The translations under genes were made by a program, and so were the position numbers. Below, in pieces: positions 46,660 through 57,748 of a stretch of DNA of 64,000 nt. The DNA lies in NCBI GenBank assembly GCA_016432245.1, contig CP066680.1, positions 174,303 to 238,302 on the forward strand. Reading direction: 5' to 3'. This DNA comes from Deltaproteobacteria bacterium. Its GTDB lineage: Bacteria > Myxococcota > UBA727 > JABDBI01. Position 1 is the stretch's first letter. Every line of letters starts with the position of its first letter. The notes under the pieces are model-generated. The model ran no database searches. It had not been told where the DNA came from and was given only the letters and a program-made list of their open reading frames with translations.

Positions 46660-47826
46660 CTAAACTGCATGATATAATCTCCGAAAAAAAAAACCCCTCT
46701 GTTCATAATTTATAAATTGGTCAAAACTTGCACATCCAGGAGAAAATAAAACAACATCCCCTACGCGAATTCTCTTAGATATACAAAAAATTGCATTGTC
46801 CAAATTCCCAACACATACAACATTTAATTTTCTTTTTTTTAAAAGATTTAATAATATAAGAGATTCAGTTCCTATAACATAAAAAAAAACAACTGAGCTT
46901 ATCATTAATCTTTCTAAGGAGGTATAATCTACACCCTTTCCTACCCCACCCAATACAAAGTGCACTGTCCCTGCAAAACATGTAATGGCTGCTATCTGCG
47001 AAAACACACTAGTCGATTTTGAATCATTTACCCACAATGCGCCTCTTCTTTGTCCAAAAACTTCTAATCTATGCAATATTCCCATAAACATTTTTACTGA
47101 CTTTTGAAATGCTTCTTCTGTTATTTCTACAAGTTGTGAATTCAAAATATTTAAACATATATTTTGCATGTTATGCTTTCCTAAAAGATTTAATCTATTT
47201 GTATACTTTTTCTTAATATCCTTTCGCAGCAAAGGAAAAGACAAATCAAATCCGACCCCTCTGTCTTTTAACAACTTAAAAATATTTCTCTTAGTTCTGT
47301 AATATTCTTTGACGGTTTTATGGCGATTTAAATGGTTCGGACTTAGATTGCTCAAATTAGCTATATCTAATTTAAGATCTTTTATAATTTCTAATTGAAA
47401 ACTAGACAATTCCATAATTATAAACTTAAGTTTTTTTCCCCATTCCAAACATTGAGACAAAGGAATCCCTAAATTCCCACCTACAAAAACATGATTAAAC
47501 ACTTTTATAAATAAAAACCCAAGCATAGATGTAGTAGTTGATTTCCCATTACTACCTGTTACTCCAACATTAAAGCATGCGGGTATACTTTTTATAGAAA
47601 TATCAATCTCATTCCAAATCTTCATTTTGTACTTTATAGCTGCTTGTATCGCTTTATGTTCAACAGAAATTCCTGGAGACAATATCACTTCTCTTGAATG
47701 CAATATATTGTATTCATTTAACGTTTTAGATGAGTCATCTAAAAAAAAAAAACTCTGCTTTCTTCTTTTTAAAAACCTTGCAACAGATACTCCAGAAATT
47801 CCTTTCCCAACTATTGAAAAAATCAT
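46660..47826 (-). CDS. murD: UDP-N-acetylmuramoylalanine--D-glutamate ligase
   Basis: Mur-ligase P-loop GVTGSNGKSTTTSM, an N-terminal Rossmann-like GKGISGVSVARFL, and a position between mraY and ftsW. Confidence 0.85.
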   Translation of the reverse strand: MIFSIVGKGISGVSVARFLKRRKQSFFFLDDSSKTLNEYNILHSREVILSPGISVEHKAIQAAIKYKMKIWNEIDISIKSIPACFNVGVTGSNGKSTTTSMLGFLFIKVFNHVFVGGNLGIPLSQCLEWGKKLKFIIMELSSFQLEIIKDLKLDIANLSNLSPNHLNRHKTVKEYYRTKRNIFKLLKDRGVGFDLSFPLLRKDIKKKYTNRLNLLGKHNMQNICLNILNSQLVEITEEAFQKSVKMFMGILHRLEVFGQRRGALWVNDSKSTSVFSQIAAITCFAGTVHFVLGGVGKGVDYTSLERLMISSVVFFYVIGTESLILLNLLKKRKLNVVCVGNLDNAIFCISKRIRVGDVVLFSPGCASFDQFINYEQRGFFFRRLYHAV

Positions 47827-47839
47827 TTTAATATAACTT

Positions 47840-48952
47840 TTAAAAGAAAATTGAATAAATAAACAAATAAAGTGGAAATATCAAAAGTGTTAATATCCAA
47901 GTTCTAACTACAATTTTAGGTTCTGGCATTCCCTGTATTTCAAAGTGATGATGTATAGGCGCCATCTTAAAAACTCTTTTTCCATTGCAAATTTTAAAAG
48001 TTAAAACTTGAATCAATACAGAACATAATTCAACTAGAAAAAAAAAATTCATTGCAATAAACAAAATCTCATTTTTTAAAATAATTAAAAAAAAACCAAG
48101 AAGAGCTCCAAACATTAAAGATCCTGTATCTCCCAAGAAGATATCTGCTGGATATGTATTATGCCACAAAAAAACAATCCCCACCCCTATTAGGGATGCA
48201 CAATAAGTAGCAATTTCTAATCCATAAAAAATTGGAGTAATATTAAACGTTTCTGAAATTATCGAATCTAGACTAGCAAGACCTGCTATATAAGCCACTA
48301 AACCAATAATACTAAATACAATTATCCCATTTCCAATAGCTAATCCATCTAATCCATCCGAAAGATTAAAGGCATTTGACATAACAATAATTATAAATAC
48401 TGCAAAAAGTGCACTGAAGCTAAAAGACATTTCAAAATTTATAGTACCTATCTTATAATTAGAACATACTGATATGAAATTATTATCATAAAATAAATTT
48501 CTAACTATCAATATTGACAACAATATTTGCCAAAAAAATTTCCACTTTACTGATAATCCGTCTGAGTTTTTATATAGAACTTTTTTAAAATCATCATAAA
48601 CCCCAAGCGCACCATAAGAAATAACTACAAACAGAAATCGCCATAACATACTATTCCTCAGATCGCTCCAAAGACAACAAGATGTCACTACCACCAAAAT
48701 CAATAACCCCCCCCCCATGGTAGGTGTTCCATTCTTTACATAATGCGCTTTAGGACCTTCTTCTCGAACAAATTGTCTAAGTTGTAATTTTTTAATCAAT
48801 CTATCATAATGTGGAAAAAAAAAAGCACATAAAAATAAAGAAAAAAAAAAAGATACCAAAATTCTTGTAAAAGGATAACTTAAATAATAAACAATTTTTT
48901 CCAATTGAAAATAATATGCCAATTCTAATAACATTAACATAAATCTAATCAT
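47840..48952 (-). CDS. mraY: Phospho-N-acetylmuramoyl-pentapeptide transferase
   Basis: GTPTMGG, NAFNLSDGLDGLA and MAPIHHHFE blocks. Polytopic membrane protein. Confidence 0.95.
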   Translation of the reverse strand: MIRFMLMLLELAYYFQLEKIVYYLSYPFTRILVSFFFSLFLCAFFFPHYDRLIKKLQLRQFVREEGPKAHYVKNGTPTMGGGLLILVVVTSCCLWSDLRNSMLWRFLFVVISYGALGVYDDFKKVLYKNSDGLSVKWKFFWQILLSILIVRNLFYDNNFISVCSNYKIGTINFEMSFSFSALFAVFIIIVMSNAFNLSDGLDGLAIGNGIIVFSIIGLVAYIAGLASLDSIISETFNITPIFYGLEIATYCASLIGVGIVFLWHNTYPADIFLGDTGSLMFGALLGFFLIILKNEILFIAMNFFFLVELCSVLIQVLTFKICNGKRVFKMAPIHHHFEIQGMPEPKIVVRTWILTLLIFPLYLFIYSIFF

Positions 48953-48992
48953 TTAGAAAAAATATAGCAAGATTTTTCTTCTAATAGACAAG

Positions 48993-49012
48993 TCTATCTA
49001 TCTATCTATCTA
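48993..49012. repeat. (TCTA)5 tetranucleotide microsatellite
   Basis: tcta repeated 5 times, then ta. Located in the 139-nt divergent region, 41 nt upstream of the mraY ATG and 80 nt upstream of the ccsB ATG. Confidence 0.95.
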
Positions 49013-49091
49013 TAAAAAATATTTGTCCTTATTATTTTGAACATAAACTATAGACATAATAGATTAAACCTCTTTATAATATGTTTATACT

Positions 49092-50387
49092 ATGTTCAAG
49101 TATTATAATATCATTTTTAATTTTTTTGTTTCTCTTAAATTAACTTTAACCTTACTATTTTTTTTATTACTTTCATTATTTATTAGTATGTTTTTTGATC
49201 CATCAATCCCAATAAGTTTTGATAATTCTTCTCCATTAAATCCTTTAAACGATATTTTCGAATTAGATGATATTTTTCATTCTTGGTGGTTTACTCTAAT
49301 TATATTGCTACTTGCCCTTAATTTAATAGCATGCTCTATTATCCGATTTCCAAAGATTTGGAATGACTCAATGATTCCCTATAAAAGATTAGATTCCTTC
49401 ATCCTACGTAAATCTTCAGAATATGCAAATGGGTACTTAAAACAAATAAAAATGCCATTATTTAATTCGGCAGAATATAAATGGAAAGATAATAACGCTG
49501 AGTACATATTCTTTGAAAAGCATAAATTTGCAAGATTTGGTGTGTATATCATCCATTTCTCTCTTCTTGTTATCATGTTAGGGTCAATCCTCACTTCACA
49601 ATTTGGATTTGAAGGGATTATGTTTATTCCAGAAGGAAAATCAAGTAATATGATCCAAATACAAGGTCCTAATAAAAGTTCTTTTTTACATCACTTAAAT
49701 TTTCAAGTTAGATGTAACCATTTTCATTTAAATACTTATCTAAGTGGTGATATAAACTCTTATGAATCTAATTTATCTATTTTAAAAAATAAAAAAGACC
49801 ATTCTCCTATTCTTTCAAAAACAATTAAATTAAACGATCCTTTATATTATTACGGATATACTTTTTACCAAGAATCTTTCAAGCCTCTTAAAAAAAAAAA
49901 ACATGTTTTTTTCTTAAAGGTAAATAATGAACTATATGTTACATCTCTCAAGGAAACATTCCACTATAAATGTCCAGTAAATAAATTAAAAGATAAATCG
50001 ATTAAAATAGTAAAATACTTCAAAGACTACTATTCTTTAGGAGAAGCAATCCAAATAAAAACTCAAGATGATATTTTTATTATTCTTAAAAATGCACCAA
50101 ATAATTATTCACATGACCTCATTAAATTTATAAAAGCAGACTATCAATATGCCACTGGAATTAAAGTCTGTAAAACTCCTGGAATCACCCTTGTTTTTTT
50201 AGGATTTGCTATTATGCTATTAGGACTAATGATAGCATTTAGAATGAATCAACGAAGATATTACGCTAAAATTATAAAAATAACTGAAAAAAAATACTAT
50301 CTTTCTTTAGCAGGAACGTGCAACCGTTTTCCTCAAGCATTTAAAAAGGAGTTTAACTCAATTGTTTTCAAGCACTTATTTATATAA
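49092..50387 (+). CDS. ccsB: Cytochrome c biogenesis protein CcsB/ResB (System II)
   Basis: N-terminal TM helices, a large soluble middle part and a C-terminal TM helix. It directly precedes and overlaps ccsA. Sequence divergent; the call rests mainly on architecture and context. Confidence 0.6.
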   Translation: MFKYYNIIFNFFVSLKLTLTLLFFLLLSLFISMFFDPSIPISFDNSSPLNPLNDIFELDDIFHSWWFTLIILLLALNLIACSIIRFPKIWNDSMIPYKRLDSFILRKSSEYANGYLKQIKMPLFNSAEYKWKDNNAEYIFFEKHKFARFGVYIIHFSLLVIMLGSILTSQFGFEGIMFIPEGKSSNMIQIQGPNKSSFLHHLNFQVRCNHFHLNTYLSGDINSYESNLSILKNKKDHSPILSKTIKLNDPLYYYGYTFYQESFKPLKKKKHVFFLKVNNELYVTSLKETFHYKCPVNKLKDKSIKIVKYFKDYYSLGEAIQIKTQDDIFIILKNAPNNYSHDLIKFIKADYQYATGIKVCKTPGITLVFLGFAIMLLGLMIAFRMNQRRYYAKIIKITEKKYYLSLAGTCNRFPQAFKKEFNSIVFKHLFI

Positions 50388-51411
50388 CACAAGTTCTCTT
50401 TTATACGTAATAGTACTTTTTGGATACTTACTAAACATCGGCATTAAAAGTAGCACTCTCAAAAAAATTTTCACAACTATTTTAAGTATAGGGTTTATAA
50501 TTCAAAGTATTGGAATTGCTTTGCGATGGTTAGAATCTGGCCTTGTTGAAGTTCACTCATTCTTAGCTAGTTCTAACGAAATTCAGTCTCGTTTACATTA
50601 TTTAGTACTTTTAACACAGCATCCTCCTTGGTCTGATTTATATGAAATTATGATATTTATGAGTTGGGGCATTATCTTTGTATCATTAATTTGCGAAATG
50701 AAATGGGAAAATGCTAGTTTTATAAATATTTTTTCTTTATTATTTTCTCTTGTTGCGCTGGGACTAGCATCTTTAAATAAAGGAATTACTAAACCCCTAG
50801 TACCTGCTTTAAAAAGTTGGTGGATAATGATTCATGTTATTAGCGCATCCATTGCATATGCAGCAGGGATTATTGCAGCAATTTCAAGCTTATTATTTCT
50901 TATTTCCTCAAAATCAATATCTACTCGCAGTCTACTCATTGGCTCTCTTTCAACTTTTGTTTTATTTCTTTTACTATTAATGCCTGACTATTATAGTAGT
51001 TGGGATCTCGCATTATTATTTGTAATATTTATAGGCTGTGTTTTAATTATGGTAATCCGCCTTTCTTCAATAAATCACTCATCTATAATGCCAAGTCAAA
51101 CTCAGCTAGATCATATTTCTTATTCTAATATTTTAATTTCATTTTCGTTCACAACAGTAGTTCTCATAACCGGTTGCTTATGGGCGCATTACGCTTGGGG
51201 ACGATATTGGGGATGGGATCCAAAGGAAACCGGAGCTCTTTTAATTTGGTTAACCTATGCATTTTATCTTCATACAAGACTCAACTATGAATGGTCTTTG
51301 GAAAAATCTTCATTAATTAGCATTCTTGGATTTTTTATAATAATTGCCGGATTTTTAGGAGTTAATCTTGGCTGGTTTTCTTATGGTCTTCATAGCTATG
51401 GTCGTTCTTAA
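50362..51411 (+). CDS. ccsA: Cytochrome c biogenesis protein CcsA/ResC (System II heme handling)
   Basis: Trp-rich WWD motif WGRYWGWDPKETGALLIWL, polytopic, C-terminal GLHSY. The start is probably a non-ATG codon (TTG 50362). Confidence 0.85.
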   Translation: MFSSTYLYNTSSLLYVIVLFGYLLNIGIKSSTLKKIFTTILSIGFIIQSIGIALRWLESGLVEVHSFLASSNEIQSRLHYLVLLTQHPPWSDLYEIMIFMSWGIIFVSLICEMKWENASFINIFSLLFSLVALGLASLNKGITKPLVPALKSWWIMIHVISASIAYAAGIIAAISSLLFLISSKSISTRSLLIGSLSTFVLFLLLLMPDYYSSWDLALLFVIFIGCVLIMVIRLSSINHSSIMPSQTQLDHISYSNILISFSFTTVVLITGCLWAHYAWGRYWGWDPKETGALLIWLTYAFYLHTRLNYEWSLEKSSLISILGFFIIIAGFLGVNLGWFSYGLHSYGRS

Positions 51412-52747
51412 ACTCCGAAACAAAACTACCTCCTAAAATATACGAAGTTATATATTCTATCCTTATATTTACAATTTTACCTATTAAATCTCTAGATCCT
51501 TGAAATATAACAACATCGTTCCCTTCAGTGCGACCTATTAATCTTGCTGACATATACAATTTGGCATTTAATGCTTTCTCCACTAAAATCACTACAATCT
51601 TTCCTAACTGGTTTTTAAGGTGTTTTAAAGAAATCTGCTGTTGTAAAGATAACATCTTAAAGTGCCTTATTTGTTTTTCTTTGCTAGAAACATCCTCTAT
51701 CATTTTTCTAAAAGACACAGTGTCTGGTCTTGGAGAATACTTAAAAATATATAAATTTTGATATTGTACTTCTTCAATTAAGGACAATGATTGCTCAAAG
51801 TCTTCTTGTGTTTCCCCAGGAAATCCTACAATCATATCTCCTACAATACTAATATCTGGCATTTTGCTTCTTGCTTTTCTTATCAATGCCAAATAATGCT
51901 CCCTTGTATATCCTCTATTCATTAATTTTAAGATTTTATTGCTTCCAGATTGTGCTGGAATGTGCAAATATTTACATATTCGAGATGAATTCCTCATAAC
52001 ATCTAAAATATCATCTGAAATATCTCTTGGATAATTTGTCATGAATCTCAATCTCTCTAACTTTGGAAACCGATCATGAATATCCTTTAGCAAGGCATGA
52101 AATTCTGGATAATGATTTACTGTTTGTCCTAGAAGAGTAATTTCAACCACACCTGCTTCAACAAGTGCTTTAATCTCATATAGTATTGCATCTTTATTTC
52201 GATGAATTTCAAACCCTCTAGTTTTTGGAATAACGCAATATGAACAAAATTTATTACATCCTCTTGTTATTCTAACATATGCTTGCTTCCTGTTTTCGAT
52301 ATCCTGTAGCCTCTCTAGGTCCATCCTTTCTAATAATTCTAATGAACTGTCTTTCCTATCTATATTAAATAAAGACACTTGCTTAGTCCTCTTAGATATA
52401 CCAATAATGTTTTTTAATAACGTAGAAATTTCATATAATCTATTAGGCCCAACTAACAGATCAATTTGCGGATAAGCAATTAATATTTCTTTTTTTCTCT
52501 CTGCCATACATCCAATTATACCAATTATTAATTGAGGCTTCATATCTTTCAACAATTTAAAATACCCTAACCGACTCAATACTTTTTGCTCGCTTAAATC
52601 TCGAACAGAACATGTATTAACAAGTATAATGTCTGCACTTTTATCTTCTTCTACAAATTTATAAGAATTGTTTTTCAATTGTTGCTTAACCAATTCACTG
52701 TCAAGCTCATTCATTTGACATCCAAATGTCTCAAGATAAACTAACAT
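51362..52747 (-). CDS. miaB: tRNA-i6A37 methylthiotransferase MiaB
   Basis: ETFGCQMN N-terminal cluster, radical-SAM GCNKFCSYCVIP, LLGQTVNHY and a TRAM domain. Start moved to ATG 52747 (MLVYLETFGC) because the tracked 29-codon extension is the same-strand tRNA-Leu(TAG). Confidence 0.85.
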   Translation of the reverse strand: MLVYLETFGCQMNELDSELVKQQLKNNSYKFVEEDKSADIILVNTCSVRDLSEQKVLSRLGYFKLLKDMKPQLIIGIIGCMAERKKEILIAYPQIDLLVGPNRLYEISTLLKNIIGISKRTKQVSLFNIDRKDSSLELLERMDLERLQDIENRKQAYVRITRGCNKFCSYCVIPKTRGFEIHRNKDAILYEIKALVEAGVVEITLLGQTVNHYPEFHALLKDIHDRFPKLERLRFMTNYPRDISDDILDVMRNSSRICKYLHIPAQSGSNKILKLMNRGYTREHYLALIRKARSKMPDISIVGDMIVGFPGETQEDFEQSLSLIEEVQYQNLYIFKYSPRPDTVSFRKMIEDVSSKEKQIRHFKMLSLQQQISLKHLKNQLGKIVVILVEKALNAKLYMSARLIGRTEGNDVVIFQGSRDLIGKIVNIRIEYITSYILGGSFVSEFKNDHSYEDHKKTSQD

Positions 52748-52758
52748 AATACTTCTCT

Positions 52759-52840
<82 letters not shown>

Positions 52841-52855
52841 ACTTAATTTTAAAAA

Positions 52856-54208
52856 TTAATGCCTTGATAATCTTTCATCTTGTCTTGCTCTAATATATTT
52901 TTTACTTGAAACTTGATAATTTTCTCTTATAGAGAAATTTTTGACCTGACGAATTATTTCTAAGGCAACACTAACTACAATTAGCATCCCCGTTCCACCA
53001 ATATAAAATGGAATTTGATTCTCTGCTAATTTCGAAATTATTAATGGCATAATACATATGGCACATAAATACAATGATCCAATAAATGTAAGCCTAATTA
53101 ACACATAATCAATATAATCAGAGGTAGCCTTTCCTGGTCGAATTCCTGGAATATAACTTCCAACCTTCCTTAATCTATCTGCAACATCAACTGGATTAAA
53201 TTGTACCGCCGTATAAAAATAAGCAAAAAAAATAATAAAAGTTGACAATATTGTTTCATATTGCCATGTACCTGGTGTTATCACCCTTTGAAGATCTGTT
53301 ATAATGTTATTCTCAAAAAAAGAAGATAACGTCATTGGAATCATCAATATCGTACTTGCAAAAATTGGAGGGATCACTCCTGCCATATTTATCTTCAAAG
53401 GAAGAGTAGACAATTTAGCTTCCCCTAAGCTATTTTTTAACATCGTTTGCTTTGCATAATTTAATGGGATGCGTCGCTGTCCTTCCTCCATCAAGATTAC
53501 ACCTGCTAATACAATTAAAGAAATTAACATTATCAATCCAATTTCTGTTATTGTGTATAAATTACTTATAAGGCCAGTTATAGTTTTAGAAATGGCCTCT
53601 GGCAATCTTGATATTATTCCTGAAAATATTACAACAGAAACTCCATTTCCAATACCATTTTTTGATATTTGATCGCCCAACCACAATAGCATCATCGTAC
53701 CTGCCACTAAGCAAATAACAGTGATAATGAAAAATCGATATTCTCCGTAATAGATGCCCCATTCCGGATGAATCATCCCCCTAGTTTTAAAATATTGTGC
53801 CATCATTACGGCTTGAATTATCGAAACGAGTATCGTAATACAGCGTACATAAAAGTTTATTTGAACTTTTCCTTTTTCTCCTTCTTTTTGAATTCTTTCT
53901 ATTTTAGGAATAATTATTCCCATCATGGTCATAATTATAGATGAGGTAATATACGGCATTATACCTAAGGCAAAAATGCTCGCATTTTCTATTGCTCCTC
54001 CTGAAACAAAACTAAATAAACTAAATAATCCTTTTCGTTGTAACCTACCCCACTCTCCTAAATGAGTTGCATATCTATCTATACCTGGAATAGTTATAAA
54101 TGTCCCTAACCGATAAAGTGCCAATAGAAATATTGTATATAAAAATCTATACCGAAAAACTGATATTTTACACATCTGCATTAATAATTTCATTTTAAAA
54201 ATCCTCAA
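52856..54208 (-). CDS. secY: Protein translocase subunit SecY
   Basis: 10-TM pattern with LYRLGTFITIPGID, GIMPYITSSII and GGTGMLIVVSVALE blocks. The start could be any of four Met codons in the first 12 codons. Confidence 0.9.
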   Translation of the reverse strand: MRIFKMKLLMQMCKISVFRYRFLYTIFLLALYRLGTFITIPGIDRYATHLGEWGRLQRKGLFSLFSFVSGGAIENASIFALGIMPYITSSIIMTMMGIIIPKIERIQKEGEKGKVQINFYVRCITILVSIIQAVMMAQYFKTRGMIHPEWGIYYGEYRFFIITVICLVAGTMMLLWLGDQISKNGIGNGVSVVIFSGIISRLPEAISKTITGLISNLYTITEIGLIMLISLIVLAGVILMEEGQRRIPLNYAKQTMLKNSLGEAKLSTLPLKINMAGVIPPIFASTILMIPMTLSSFFENNIITDLQRVITPGTWQYETILSTFIIFFAYFYTAVQFNPVDVADRLRKVGSYIPGIRPGKATSDYIDYVLIRLTFIGSLYLCAICIMPLIISKLAENQIPFYIGGTGMLIVVSVALEIIRQVKNFSIRENYQVSSKKYIRARQDERLSRH

Positions 54209-54284
54209 TAAAAAATATTTTTTTTACTACATTTATTTCCAATTTATACTGTTTTTTTTGCAATTTTTCAATTATTTTATTGAC

Positions 54285-55781
<1,497 letters not shown>

Positions 55782-55795
<14 letters not shown>

Positions 55796-56246
55796 AATAG
55801 TTTATCCTTCGTAAATTCCTAAAGAAATTTTCAAGTAAGTCAATAGATTCTTCTTTTAAAATTCCTGATTTTATATTAATTTCACAACTAAAAAAAGAAT
55901 CAAGTGGTATTTCATAAAAATAATTCTTAGCTGCGTATACTAGTTTTTTTATGCGAGAATTTATTAAAGCTCCAATGCACATCAAGCATGGTTCCAAAGT
56001 TACGTACATAACGCACCCAGATAAATTTGACGATTTTCTTTTTTTTGATGCATTAATAATTGCTATTATTTCAGCATGCGAAATCGACAAAGCCTTTTTT
56101 TGTTGTTTATTATACCCACATGCAACCAATTCATTTTGATAAACGATAACTGCTCCTACTGGAACTTCCCCTATCTTCTCTGCATTTTTAGCTTGCTTTA
56201 AAGCTTGCTTCATCCATTTTATATCATTTAATATTGTCATCTTCAT
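55782..56246 (-). CDS. tadA: tRNA adenosine(34) deaminase
   Basis: HAE...PCxxC zinc site (SHAEIIAI, LEPCLMCIGAL). Start moved to ATG 56246 because the tracked start (56297) overlaps tRNA-Thr. Confidence 0.85.
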
Positions 56247-56288
56247 ATTCCTATGTTTATGATCCTTAAAAAAAGAAAGAAAAAGGAA

Positions 56289-56361
56289 AGCCGACACGCG
56301 GACTTGAACCGCGAACCTGCTAATTACGAATCAGCTGCTCTACCATTAAAGCTATATCGGC
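56289..56361 (-). tRNA. tRNA-Thr (anticodon CGT)
   Basis: GCCGATA acceptor stem, anticodon arm GCTGA-TTCGTAA-TTAGC, T arm CGCGG-TTCAAGT-CCGCG. Confidence 0.85.
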
Positions 56362-56370
56362 TATCTTATA

Positions 56371-57360
56371 TTAATGTGAAAATACAAAAAAATCTTCAGA
56401 AATCTCTTTCCCAGTCCGAAGTTTTAATACAGCTGCCTTACCTATCATTATAGCATTATCTGTGCAATCTTTCAATAAAGGAATGTAAACAGACAAATCT
56501 GATAAATTAGAAAGCTCTTGCCGTAAAAAACTGTTTGCAACGACACCCCCGCCAAAGACTAGCTTACTTATTCCGTAAGCCTTACAAGCAATTTTGGCTT
56601 TATTTAATACCTCTCTCATTATATGCCTTTGAAATTCGAAACAAAAATCAGATAATATAAATCTTTCTTGAGTTCTTTCTGCAAAATCGAGCATACACCC
56701 CACTGCTGTTTTCAACCCTGAGAAAGAGTAATCTAATGCTTCTTGTGTCATGTTTGGAAATTTTATTTTATTATTTTCTACCCCATGCTTCGCCAAGTAA
56801 TCTATCATTTTTCCAGCTGGATACCTTAATCCTAACATACGCCCTACCTTATCTAATATTTCTCCTGCAGCATCATCTTTCGTATCTCCTATCATTTTTA
56901 AGTTATATTTTTCATCACATAAATAAATTGATGAATGACCTCCTGACACAATAACTCCAATAAATGGCGGCAAAACAAAATTAGACTCCCCATATCCACA
57001 AAATAAATGCCCTTCTATGTGATTAATTCCTAACAATGGAATATTCAACGCAGATGAAAGACCTTTCGCAAATGATACGCCTACTAATAACGACCCAATT
57101 ATACCTGGTCGATGTGTGACCGCAATCACATCTATATATTTAGAAGAAAAATGAGATTTTGCTAATACGGATTCTAATAATGATGACATAATTGCAATAT
57201 GATGTCGAGCTGCTATTTCTGGAACAATTCCGCCTAGCTTCAAACTATAATCTTTAAATGAACATAGAGCATCTACTTGAACTATACCATTTTCATCTAA
57301 AATCGCAATTCCACTATCATCACAACTAGATTCTATAGCTAATAAGTATCGAAACCTCAT
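56371..57360 (-). CDS. tsaD: tRNA N6-adenosine threonylcarbamoyltransferase TsaD
   Basis: LAIESSCDDSGIAIL, GINHIEGH and VSGGHS blocks of the Kae1/TsaD family. Confidence 0.9.
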   Translation of the reverse strand: MRFRYLLAIESSCDDSGIAILDENGIVQVDALCSFKDYSLKLGGIVPEIAARHHIAIMSSLLESVLAKSHFSSKYIDVIAVTHRPGIIGSLLVGVSFAKGLSSALNIPLLGINHIEGHLFCGYGESNFVLPPFIGVIVSGGHSSIYLCDEKYNLKMIGDTKDDAAGEILDKVGRMLGLRYPAGKMIDYLAKHGVENNKIKFPNMTQEALDYSFSGLKTAVGCMLDFAERTQERFILSDFCFEFQRHIMREVLNKAKIACKAYGISKLVFGGGVVANSFLRQELSNLSDLSVYIPLLKDCTDNAIMIGKAAVLKLRTGKEISEDFFVFSH

Positions 57361-57368
57361 GATCTGTA

Positions 57369-57725
57369 TTACTTTTCCGTTCTTTCAATAAGTTTTAATT
57401 TCCCTTTAAGTTTTCTTAAATAATAAAGTTTAGCCTTTCTAACCTTATTGCGACATATTACCTCAATCTTTTCAATACAAGGACTATATAAGGGAAAGAT
57501 TCTCTCAACACCTTCTGTATAACTTACCTTACGTAAGGTAAGCATGCGTGCTACACCTGTCCCCTTATCTGCAATTAAAAGACCCTCAAAAGCCTGCAAA
57601 CGTTCTTTTTCCCCTTCCTTTATCTTTAATTCCACCTTTAAAACATCTCCTATCCTAAATTTAGGCCAAGCAGCTTTAACATTGCTAATAAATAAATTAT
57701 TTATTTCTTTCAACAAATTACTCAT
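57369..57725 (-). CDS. rplS: 50S ribosomal protein L19
   Basis: FRIGDVLKVELKIKEGEKERLQAFEGLLIA...RKAKLYYLR. Confidence 0.95.
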   Translation of the reverse strand: MSNLLKEINNLFISNVKAAWPKFRIGDVLKVELKIKEGEKERLQAFEGLLIADKGTGVARMLTLRKVSYTEGVERIFPLYSPCIEKIEVICRNKVRKAKLYYLRKLKGKLKLIERTEK

Positions 57726-57748
57726 ACGTTACTCCATCTCTTACAAAA

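Noticed and set aside
56247-56297. The tracked tadA ORF begins at 56297 (MSAFLFLSFFKDHKHRN).
   Set aside because: The extension overlaps the 3' end of the same-strand tRNA-Thr. The internal ATG at 56246 gives a normal TadA N-terminus.
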